Positions 8,864 to 17,202 of a stretch of 32,000 bases of DNA are shown in pieces. How positions within the stretch are numbered: position 1 is the stretch's first letter; every line of letters begins with the position of its first letter. Made by a program: the position numbers and the translations under genes. The DNA is taken from assembly GCF_035285525.1 (NCBI RefSeq), contig NZ_JAYKGW010000140.1:22565-54564 (forward strand), in the 5' to 3' direction. The notes below the pieces were generated by a model. The model had not been told where the DNA came from. It saw only the letters and a program-made list of their open reading frames with translations, and did no database searches. Source of the DNA: Okeania sp. (GTDB taxonomy: Bacteria > Cyanobacteriota > Cyanobacteriia > Cyanobacteriales > Microcoleaceae).

Positions 8864-9552
8864 AAGTGGGATGCGCATCCTACCCATCCGAAAATATCAA
8901 GACCGGGCAAGACGTCTAATTCTTCTACCTTCTGACTTTTCCTTTATTTTAAATAGTAAATCTCTCTTCCAAACAAGATTTAGTCAAGACTTAGGTACTA
9001 TCTATAGAGTTCAAAAACTATTGCACAATGGTTGTAGACTCTATATATAGCGTTTCTGTGTAAGTCCTATTCAAAATGGTATAAGTTCTGTTACTATAAC
9101 TTAAGCATAGATTCAGATATCATACTAAATCTGGTTATCAAAAGCTACTTGGTCTAAATCATTCTAACCGTTCTACCTTTTGCCCTACCCTTCAAATAAA
9201 CTTCCTATCTAAATAAAATAGAGTTTATTATTATCCCTTGACTATTTCCAACTAAGATTTAATAATAAAGCTCAATAAGTAAATACCTTCTGACCAGTCT
9301 TTCAAAGCAGTCATATAGAACCCCTAAACGGGTATCTAAAATTAGTTGGGGAGATGGGAAGATAGGGAGATGGTGAATATAAAGCTCTAATTCTAGCTTT
9401 TTCCCTATTTCCCCTCCAGGGAGGGGTTAGGAGTAGGTTGACTCCTGACTTACTTCTTTGGCAAAAAAAACACACCTTTGTAAAGATACGGTTAGGAGTT
9501 CTATAGAATTTTATTTGCTTTTTTTGGTTTTTACCCTTTAATTTGGTAACAA

Positions 9553-11232
9553 ATGACAGAAAAATTAACAGCTATGAGTCAAAATTCAATAAAAATTATT
9601 TTCAACAAGCTGAGAAAATATAGTCCAACTATTCTCAGTACCACATTATTTATTGCTAATCCTGCTCAGGCTATTCCCCCAGCACAAATTACCCAAACAT
9701 CTGGTTCTCTACCAATAGATGACTCCTCATTAACAATACCTGGTGTATCAGAGCTAGAAGCAGAACAGCTAATGGAGCAGGTAACATCTGTCTCTCAATT
9801 ATCAGACGTACAACCTACAGATTGGGCATTTCAAGCATTACAATCATTAGTCGAACGTTATGGTTGTATCGCAGGTTATCCCGACGGAACCTACAAAGGC
9901 AACCGCGCCATGACTCGCTATGAATTTGCAGCAGGTTTAAATGCTTGCCTAGACAGAATCACAGAATTAATTGGAGCAAGAGACGATCTAGTTACCAGAG
10001 AAGACTTAAGTGTATTGCAACGTTTACAAGAAGAATTTGCGGCCGAACTAGCAGCATTGCGAGGGCGTGTAGATGGTTTGGAAGCACGCACAGCAGAATT
10101 AGAAAGTAATCAATTTTCTACAACCACCAAACTTAATGGAGAAGTTCTGTTTTGGTTGAGTGATACCTTCGGAGACAGAGCAGAAGCAGGTGGAGTATCT
10201 TCTGCTAACGATCCAACTCAAACTTTCTTTGCTTATCGCGTTAGGTTAAACTTTGAGACTAGCTTTACTGGAGAAGATTTACTCTTCACTCGTCTACAAG
10301 CAAATAATACTCCTGACATCAGTACACCGGAATTAACCAATACTTTAATGACTCTTTCCGGTATTGATGAAGGCGATGGTAGTAATAATGTTGGTCTTGA
10401 CCTGATGTTCTATAAGTTTCCCATTAGCGATCGCCTCCAAGCTATAATTGGAATTGTGGGAACTGGTTTAGATGACCTTTCTGAAGTTCTTTCACCCTTT
10501 ACCGATGAAGGAAACGGGACAATTTCTAGATTCGGGCGACGTAACCCCACCAGTTTCCGGGGACCAGCTAATGCAGGTGTAGGTTTTAGCTACGCATTTA
10601 ATGATGTGTTTCGCGTCAATATAGGTTATTTAGGAGACGATCCAGCAAATCCTGGTGATGGTGCCGGATTATTCAATGGTGCTTACAGTGCATTAGGTCA
10701 AATTGTCGTTGAACCATCAGATAGTTTGGCATTTACCCTGGGTTATGTGCGTAAATATTGGGGTAAAGATGGGGTTGATATTACTAACGGTACTGGTAGT
10801 TTCAATGCTCAAGATCCTTTTGATGGTGCTGCGACTACTGCTGATAACCTTGGTTTCCAAGTTAATTGGAAAGTGAGTCAAAAGTTTGAAATAGGAGGTT
10901 GGTTTGGTTCTACCTGGGCACGTCCTGTATCTGGAGATAGTGATGATGTGACTATTCTGAATGGAATGTTTTATCTTGCTTTCCCAGATTTGTTCAAAGA
11001 AGGAAATCTGGGTGGTTTGATGGTTGGTGTACCTCCTACTATTACTAATGGCGGTGATAATAGTTCATTGGAAGATGATAATACATCTCTACATATAGAA
11101 GCAATTTATCGTTTTCAAGTTAATGATAATATTTCTGTGACTCCTGGTTTATTTGTGATTACTAATCCTAATCACGATGATGTTAATGATACTATTTGGA
11201 TTGGTACTCTCCGCACTCAGTTTGTGTTTTAA
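9553..11232 (+). CDS. Outer-membrane porin: SLH domain, coiled coil and OprB-type beta-barrel
   Basis: Signal-like N-terminus, an SLH motif (VQPTDWAFQALQSLVERYGCIAGYPDGTYKGNRAMTRYEFAAGLNACLDRI), a coiled-coil stretch (LQEEFAAELAALRGRVDGLEARTAELE), an aromatic/Gly-rich barrel and a terminal Phe. Confidence 0.85.
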   Translation: MTEKLTAMSQNSIKIIFNKLRKYSPTILSTTLFIANPAQAIPPAQITQTSGSLPIDDSSLTIPGVSELEAEQLMEQVTSVSQLSDVQPTDWAFQALQSLVERYGCIAGYPDGTYKGNRAMTRYEFAAGLNACLDRITELIGARDDLVTREDLSVLQRLQEEFAAELAALRGRVDGLEARTAELESNQFSTTTKLNGEVLFWLSDTFGDRAEAGGVSSANDPTQTFFAYRVRLNFETSFTGEDLLFTRLQANNTPDISTPELTNTLMTLSGIDEGDGSNNVGLDLMFYKFPISDRLQAIIGIVGTGLDDLSEVLSPFTDEGNGTISRFGRRNPTSFRGPANAGVGFSYAFNDVFRVNIGYLGDDPANPGDGAGLFNGAYSALGQIVVEPSDSLAFTLGYVRKYWGKDGVDITNGTGSFNAQDPFDGAATTADNLGFQVNWKVSQKFEIGGWFGSTWARPVSGDSDDVTILNGMFYLAFPDLFKEGNLGGLMVGVPPTITNGGDNSSLEDDNTSLHIEAIYRFQVNDNISVTPGLFVITNPNHDDVNDTIWIGTLRTQFVF

Positions 11233-11239
11233 CTAGGAC

Positions 11240-11378
11240 AGGAATTACGCATTGGGAACAAATTTTGGTCATTGTAAGATTGCTTTCCTGAGGTCATGCT
11301 CCGCAAACGCACCTCGCAAGAATATCGCCAAGCTGCGAGTCGCGCCATGACAGAAATAGGTTGCTTTGCGTAAGTCCT
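11240..11378. mobile_element. MITE-like element of the AGGA(C/A)TTACGCA...TGCGTAAGTCCT family
   Basis: AGGAATTACGCA at 11240 and TGCGTAAGTCCT at 11367-11378, starting 8 nt after the porin stop codon. Confidence 0.65.
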
Positions 11379-11728
11379 ATAGAAAAAGGTTGAGACAGAA
11401 ACCGGATTAATTCTTTATATAGACTAAGTGTATCTATAAAATTAGGTGGGGAGATGGGGGGATGGAGTGATATTAAATCCGCTAGCTTCGGAGTAATATA
11501 ATTCTATCTTCAGTAGGGGCGAACGGCCGTTTGCTTCGCATACTTCGTAACGCCCCTACAATATAGACTATTTTCCCCTAATGCTGAATTATACCAAAGT
11601 TAACCCACCCCTAACCCCTCCCAGGAGGGGAATTTAGGAAGAATAGTATTGATAATTTCAGTATTTTTCATACCAGGTGTCGGCAGGTGTCAGTCCTTAA
11701 ATTTTATTATAACTGATTATCCGAACAT

Positions 11729-11868
11729 GATATTAGACATCTCCAGAAAAGAGGGAGTAGGAAGTAGAGAGTAGGAAGTAGGCAGTAGGAAGTAGACAGT
11801 AGGGGGAAAGAATAGATGATTTCTGTTCAATAATTGATTTAATTTTTTATTCTTGGAGATGTCTATTG
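11729..11868. repeat. Inverted-repeat element with an internal heptamer tract, copy A
   Basis: The left arm GATATTAGACATCTCCAGAAAAGAGGGA pairs with the right arm TTCTTGGAGATGTCTATTG. The interior holds GTAGGAA-type heptamers. Confidence 0.75.
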
Positions 11869-11899
11869 TAGAACGTTATTCTTTAAAGCAAGCAAATTT

Positions 11900-12019
11900 G
11901 ATATTAGACATCTCCGGAAAAGAGGGAACAGGAAACAGGGAATAGGGAATAGGGAAGAGTAATTGATTCTTTATGGATAAGAATTGATTCTATTTTTTAT
12001 TTTTGGAAATGTCTATTAG
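11900..12019. repeat. Inverted-repeat element with an internal heptamer tract, copy B
   Basis: The arms match copy A (GATATTAGACATCTCCGGAAAAGAGGGA ... TTTTTGGAAATGTCTATTAG), but the interior carries GGGAACA/GGGAATA heptamers. Confidence 0.75.
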
Positions 12020-12457
12020 TTCCTGAGAAAAATTCAGAGAAAATTGTTCCAACTAATACCTCTATAACTCCTATTCATTCTCACTCTTAACTACTCCCTA
12101 CTCCCTATCCTAAAAAAAAGACTTATTCAGCAAACCCTAGTAGTATTTTGGAAATAAAAAAACGTTAATATTTATAAATATTAAGCATTTATCATTTATC
12201 TGGAAAGAATATTATTTTTTTTAGATACTTTTTCTTTTTTTATCTAAATAAAGTCTTAATACTTCATTTTTATCACAACATTAATCTTCATTTAACCAAA
12301 ACTTATCCTTATTTAACCAAGATTTATCCTTTTGATATAGTTCCCTTAAATTCAGTATGAGATTGTTAATTTATACGAGGTTTATTAATAGTAATTGTCT
12401 CTTCAAAATTCAATTACCAGAAACCTTTTTTGTTGTCCTAAAATAACGGTCTATATT

Positions 12458-14626
12458 ATGGTATTAACAACTCAACCTGCTCAAATGAGAGGTCTGAATA
12501 GTTATGAAACTTTCCCTCTGTTCACTATTGGTGAAACTGTTAACGATTACACTCCTCCTGGTATCCTAGATGGTATCGGAGCTTATGAACTTGATGACAA
12601 TACTGTTCGAGCTTTAGTAAACCATGAGTTAAGTAGCGGTACTGGATATGCTTACACTCTAGCTAATGGAACTGAACTAACTGGTGCTAGAGTTAGCTAT
12701 TTTGACATAGATAAGGATACCCTGGAAATAGTCGATACTGGTCTTGCTTATGACACTATTATCGCTCGTAATGGTGAGGAAGTAGATGAGGCATCTGACC
12801 TAGAATTTGGAGAATTAGTAGATGAAGACGGAAGCACTATACTTGGAGGCATCAATCGTCTATGCTCTGCTATCTACGTTGAAGCTAATCAGTTTGATAG
12901 TGGTTCAGGTATTGTTGATGGCATATTTTTCACAGGAGAAGAAACCGGTAGTGGTGGAACTGAGTTTGCTTTAGACGTTGAAACTAACACTCTATATGCT
13001 CTCCCTTGGTTAGGAAGAGCTGCTTGGGAGAGCGTCACTCAGATAGATACTGGAAACTCTGATACAGTAGGGATATTAATCGGAGATGACCGTGAAGCTG
13101 CACCTCTACTTTTTTATGTGGGTGAAAAAGATGAAACAAGTGATGATTTTCTAGAACGTAATGGTTTAGCTCAAGGTAAGATCTATGTTTGGGCTCCTGA
13201 TGAAGAACTAGGCGATACTCCAGATAGCGTAGTAGATGATGAAGGAAACCCAGAAGACCCAGATGATTATCCAGATCCAGCAGGATTTAACGGAACTGGA
13301 AACAGTGAGTCCGGAACATTTGTTGAGATTGAATACTATAACCCTGATGAAGCAGGAAGTGCGGTAGATACTGATGATGATGGCAGTATTCAAGATGAGT
13401 TAGGTTATGATGAGTTAGGATTTGCTACTCAAGCTCAACAAGATTTCCTAGCATTTGAAGCAGGTGCTTTCCAATTCTCTCGTCCTGAAGATGTGGCCAC
13501 AAATCCTGAAGATGGTACAGAAGCAGTTCTAGCTTCTACTGGTCGTCCTGGTCGTTTTCCTACTGATTCTTGGGGAACAATTTATAATGTTGACATTGAA
13601 TTTGGTGACAACATAACTGCTAACCTGGAAATTCTCTACGATGGAGATGATGCAGGTGACGGACAGTTTGCAGGTCCTGATTTTGGTCTACGTAGTCCAG
13701 ATAACTTAGATTGGGCAGATAATGGCAGTATCTATATCAATGAAGACCGTTCCATTGGTGATTTTGGTCAGACATCTGGACAGGAAGCATCTATCTGGCG
13801 CTTAAGACCATCAGATGGCAATTTGGCTCGTTTTGCTCAAATGGATCGTTCTGCTTTGCCAGGAGACCCTATTCCTCAAACTGATGGAGACCCTGATGAT
13901 ATAGGTAATTGGGAATCATCTGGTATTTTAGATGTTTCTAACTTATTCGATAAAGCTCCTGGTAGCTTCTTCTTATTTGATGTTCAAGCTCACAGTTTGA
14001 GAGATGGAGTTATTGAAGAAGAAGGTCTAGTGCAAGGTGGACAGTTAGGTATTCTTGCCAAAGTTAACGGAACAGTTATTGACCCTGATGCTGATAATAT
14101 CTTCCGTGGAGGCAATGGTGACGATAAAGCTGCTACTGGTGGCGGTAACGATCGCCTCGTTGGTCGTGGCGGTAATGATCGCCTGATTGGTGGTAGCGGT
14201 AACGATGTACTTAACGGAGGTAATGATAACGACAGACTCTTTGGACAAAGTGGCCGCGATCGCCTCATTGGTGGTAAGGGTAACGATGTACTTAACGGAG
14301 GTAATGGTAACGACAGACTCTTTGGACAAAGTGGCCGTGATAACCTAAATGGTGGTGCAGGAAACGATATTCTTGTAGGTGGTCCTGGTCGCGATAAGTT
14401 TATCTTCAATACCAATCAGCAATTTGCATCAAAGGATTTAGGTGTAGATACAATTCGTGACTTCCGTCCTGGTGTAGATAAAATTATACTTGACGGAGAT
14501 ACCTTCACAGACGGCCTAGGTTCTGTTGTATATGAAGCAGGTGCTTTATCCTACAATGGTGTTGAATTTGCTACTCTCAATGGTGATCCAGACCTGACAG
14601 CAGGTGAAGACTATCTAATCAGATAA
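12458..14626 (+). CDS. Probable secreted PhoX/DUF839-like protein with C-terminal RTX (hemolysin-type) calcium-binding repeats
   Basis: The N-terminal and central region resembles PhoX/DUF839 (TIGE..Y.PPGILDGIGAY...LVNHE...GARVSYF; FSRPEDVATNP; RSPDNLDW). The C-terminus has GGxGxD nonapeptides (GGNGDDKAATGGGNDRLVGRGGNDRLIGGSGNDVLNGGNDNDRLFG...). There is no signal peptide, which fits type I secretion. The ORF track starts at a TTG at 12395; I prefer the first ATG at 12458. Confidence 0.65.
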   Translation: MVLTTQPAQMRGLNSYETFPLFTIGETVNDYTPPGILDGIGAYELDDNTVRALVNHELSSGTGYAYTLANGTELTGARVSYFDIDKDTLEIVDTGLAYDTIIARNGEEVDEASDLEFGELVDEDGSTILGGINRLCSAIYVEANQFDSGSGIVDGIFFTGEETGSGGTEFALDVETNTLYALPWLGRAAWESVTQIDTGNSDTVGILIGDDREAAPLLFYVGEKDETSDDFLERNGLAQGKIYVWAPDEELGDTPDSVVDDEGNPEDPDDYPDPAGFNGTGNSESGTFVEIEYYNPDEAGSAVDTDDDGSIQDELGYDELGFATQAQQDFLAFEAGAFQFSRPEDVATNPEDGTEAVLASTGRPGRFPTDSWGTIYNVDIEFGDNITANLEILYDGDDAGDGQFAGPDFGLRSPDNLDWADNGSIYINEDRSIGDFGQTSGQEASIWRLRPSDGNLARFAQMDRSALPGDPIPQTDGDPDDIGNWESSGILDVSNLFDKAPGSFFLFDVQAHSLRDGVIEEEGLVQGGQLGILAKVNGTVIDPDADNIFRGGNGDDKAATGGGNDRLVGRGGNDRLIGGSGNDVLNGGNDNDRLFGQSGRDRLIGGKGNDVLNGGNGNDRLFGQSGRDNLNGGAGNDILVGGPGRDKFIFNTNQQFASKDLGVDTIRDFRPGVDKIILDGDTFTDGLGSVVYEAGALSYNGVEFATLNGDPDLTAGEDYLIR

Positions 14627-14804
14627 TACAGCGGATTCCACCAGGCGTAAGGTACACCCATAGGAGCTAGAAAGCTCGCACTGGTAATATTTATGTAATT
14701 ATTAATATTTGTACTTCATCTAGTTGGAATTTGCTGTATCTCTGGTGAATAAAACAGGAGGCAAATTCTCCTGTTTATAGTAATTTTCACTTAGATAGAC
14801 CAAA

Positions 14805-14832
14805 GTAGGGACGTTCCATGGAACGTCCCTAC
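14805..14832. repeat. Perfect 28-bp palindrome GTAGGGACGTTCCATGGAACGTCCCTAC
   Basis: Read directly from the sequence. It lies between convergent genes that end at 14626 and 14874. A related half-copy (GCAACGTCTCTAC) follows at about 14843. Confidence 0.8.
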
Positions 14833-14873
14833 AACGTTGAATGCAACGTCTCTACTAGATGCTCTACTAACTC

Positions 14874-16508
14874 CTAAACACCCATTAAACTTAGCTCTTC
14901 TGACAAAGCATCTATAGTGAAGCGGATTTGCTCCTCTGTATGATTACAAGTGATAAAAAAGCGTAGTCTGGCTGCATTTTGTGGTACAGATGGGTAAAAC
15001 ATAAACGGAACATTAATCCCTCGTTTAAATAAACTTTGGGATAACATTACCGACTTAGTAGACTCCCCTACAATAATAGGTATCACTGGAGAATCTTTAC
15101 TCATACCAGTATTTAACCCTTGTTCGCGAGCGCACTGCAAAAATAGTCGAGACCTTTCCTGTAGTCGCGCGACTCTTTCTGGTTCCCTCTTCAATAGTTG
15201 AATAGAAGCTAATACTGATGCTGTATCTGGTGGAGAAATACCTACACTATAAACAAATCCTGGAGAAGTATATTTAAGATATTGTACTAATGCTTTACTG
15301 CCAGCAATATAACCACCACAACTAGCAAAAGATTTACTCAGAGTACCCATCCAAATATCAACATCATTAGGATTGATCGCACAATACTCACTCACACCGC
15401 GACCAGATTTCCCAATAGTACCGATAGAGTGAGCTTCATCTACCATCAAAAAAGCCTTATAATGTTTTTTGATCTCAATAAACTTTGGTAAGTCTGGAAT
15501 ATCACCATCTGTACTATACACACCTTCGACCGCAATAAGTACCCGCTTATAACGATGACGGCGATCGCTTAATAACTTATCTAAAGCTTCCCAGTCATTA
15601 TGAGGAAAAGCAATAATAGTTGCCCCTGATAATAAACAACCTTGGAAAATACTATTGTGACTTAAAGAGTCATGGAGAATTAAATCATTTTGTCCGAACA
15701 AATGACTAATAGTAGTTACATTAGTTGCATGACCACCCACATAAAGAATGCTATCTTCAACCCCAATAAAATCAGCAATTTCTCTTTCTAATTCCTGATG
15801 TAATGGCTTTTCTCCTGATAATAACCTACTAGCAGAAACGGAAGTTCCATAAAGGTTAATAGCTTCCTTTGCAGCATTAGAAACAAAAGGGTCGCCACAC
15901 ATACCTAAATAATTATAGGTCGCATAATTTATTAGCTCTTTACCACCAATAACTGTAGTATTATTATTAATCCGTTCTTGAGGTATAAAAAAAGGATTTC
16001 CAATACCAGTAGAATTAAAATAAGCTAATTGCTGTTGCAGTTGTACATATTCTGGATAGAGGTGAAAATTATAATAATCTAAAGGAATTTCTTTAGTTTC
16101 TGTAGTTGGATTAGAAGTTGAGACCTCAACCTCATCTTCTAATTTTTTATGGATATTTGGCCCTGTATCCTCGGAAGTATCTTCTACTAAATATTCAGCC
16201 AAGGACTCAATGGTAGGATAATCTAACAAAAGAGTAGGAGGCAGTCGCCGACCCAGAAGATTTTCTAATTCTCCAGAAAGATTGACCACTTCAATTGAGT
16301 TAAGACCATATTCAGTAAAATCCCGCTGAATATCTATCTCATTGGTTTCCAATTCTAGCCGTTCAGCTAATTGGGAGACCAACCAGGATTTGATATTTTC
16401 TCTGACTGGAGATGATTGTGGGACTTGCAAAGCAGGGTCTCGATCATTTTTCACTATAGTCAGGTTTTGGCCGTCTTGGTCATTCATAAGCTGGTTCAAC
16501 AGTTTCAT
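14874..16508 (-). CDS. ACP-fused alpha-oxoamine synthase (8-amino-7-oxononanoate synthase/serine palmitoyltransferase family, PLP-dependent)
   Basis: The N-terminal carrier domain has a phosphopantetheine-site motif (FTEYGLNSIEVVNL). The C-terminal domain carries alpha-oxoamine synthase motifs (GGHATN, MVDEAHSIG, PLP-lysine GTLSKSFASCGGY, RLRFFITCNHT). Confidence 0.85.
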   Translation of the reverse strand: MKLLNQLMNDQDGQNLTIVKNDRDPALQVPQSSPVRENIKSWLVSQLAERLELETNEIDIQRDFTEYGLNSIEVVNLSGELENLLGRRLPPTLLLDYPTIESLAEYLVEDTSEDTGPNIHKKLEDEVEVSTSNPTTETKEIPLDYYNFHLYPEYVQLQQQLAYFNSTGIGNPFFIPQERINNNTTVIGGKELINYATYNYLGMCGDPFVSNAAKEAINLYGTSVSASRLLSGEKPLHQELEREIADFIGVEDSILYVGGHATNVTTISHLFGQNDLILHDSLSHNSIFQGCLLSGATIIAFPHNDWEALDKLLSDRRHRYKRVLIAVEGVYSTDGDIPDLPKFIEIKKHYKAFLMVDEAHSIGTIGKSGRGVSEYCAINPNDVDIWMGTLSKSFASCGGYIAGSKALVQYLKYTSPGFVYSVGISPPDTASVLASIQLLKREPERVARLQERSRLFLQCAREQGLNTGMSKDSPVIPIIVGESTKSVMLSQSLFKRGINVPFMFYPSVPQNAARLRFFITCNHTEEQIRFTIDALSEELSLMGV

Positions 16509-16562
16509 TGTTCACTCCTGCACCACGTTAAAATTGCTTGTCACTTAGTTTTGCCTAGTAGC

Positions 16563-16583
16563 TTATCAGTTATCAGTTATCAG
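16563..16583 (-). repeat. (CTGATAA)3 heptamer tract, sense with gene 14874..16508, about 55 nt upstream of its start
   Basis: The + strand reads TTATCAGTTATCAGTTATCAG. Confidence 0.85.
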
Positions 16584-16806
16584 TCAAAAAGTCCATGAAT
16601 AAAATCAGAAATAAAATTTCTGGGTTTATGGAGAGTAACTTTCTGACTGGCAATTACCTAAAATTGCTAACTATTTCCACTGATTGACCCAAAAAAAAAC
16701 ACTAGGGGAAGTTACGATGGCTATTGTGCCATCATCTTATACAAAGTAGGAAGGAAGAAGGAAGAAGGAAGAAGTTTTTTGAAGTTAGAAGTCAGAAGTT
16801 AAATTC

Positions 16807-16895
16807 AGGACTTACGCAGAACCACCATATTTAGTAGGGGCAAATGGTATTTACCTCTACAGATAGCGCATTATTTCAGAATTTGCGTAAGTTCT
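16807..16895. mobile_element. MITE-like element (AGGACTTACGCA...TGCGTAAGTTCT)
   Basis: The terminal inverted repeats are read directly. It sits in the spacer between the alpha-oxoamine synthase and FAAL genes. Confidence 0.7.
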
Positions 16896-16906
16896 GATTA
16901 TAGTGG

Positions 16907-17096
16907 ACTGACACACCTAAAAATCTAGTTTGGAATGTAGGTTGGGTTGAGGGACGAAACCCAACAAAACCTTAATATTTTTGGCTTTCATCCCATGCTG
17001 CGCAACGCTGACGGGTTTCCTGACGGAATACTCCACAAACAAACATATCGCGGAGTGCGAAACAACCCAACCTACGCTTATTGCACTAGCTCTCTT
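16907..17096 (-). mobile_element. MITE-like element, second family (ACTGACA-ACCTAAAAAT ... AACCCAACCTACGCTTATTGCAC)
   Basis: Its ends and the internal GTTGGGTT..GGGACGAAACCCAAC core match the element at 23570-23695 in inverted orientation. Confidence 0.65.
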
Positions 17097-17202
17097 AACC
17101 GAAAAGTACCAGCTTTTCACAACATAAAAAGGCTAAAACCTTTATATGTAAAGACTTTTAGATTTAATTAACAAGCCCTAATTATTAATTATTAATTATT
17201 AA

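Noticed and set aside
8856-9050. A 64-aa ORF overlapping the amidase stop codon.
   Set aside because: It has no recognisable motif, an Arg/Ser/Leu-rich low-complexity sequence, and it ends in a solo MITE terminus. It is probably non-coding.
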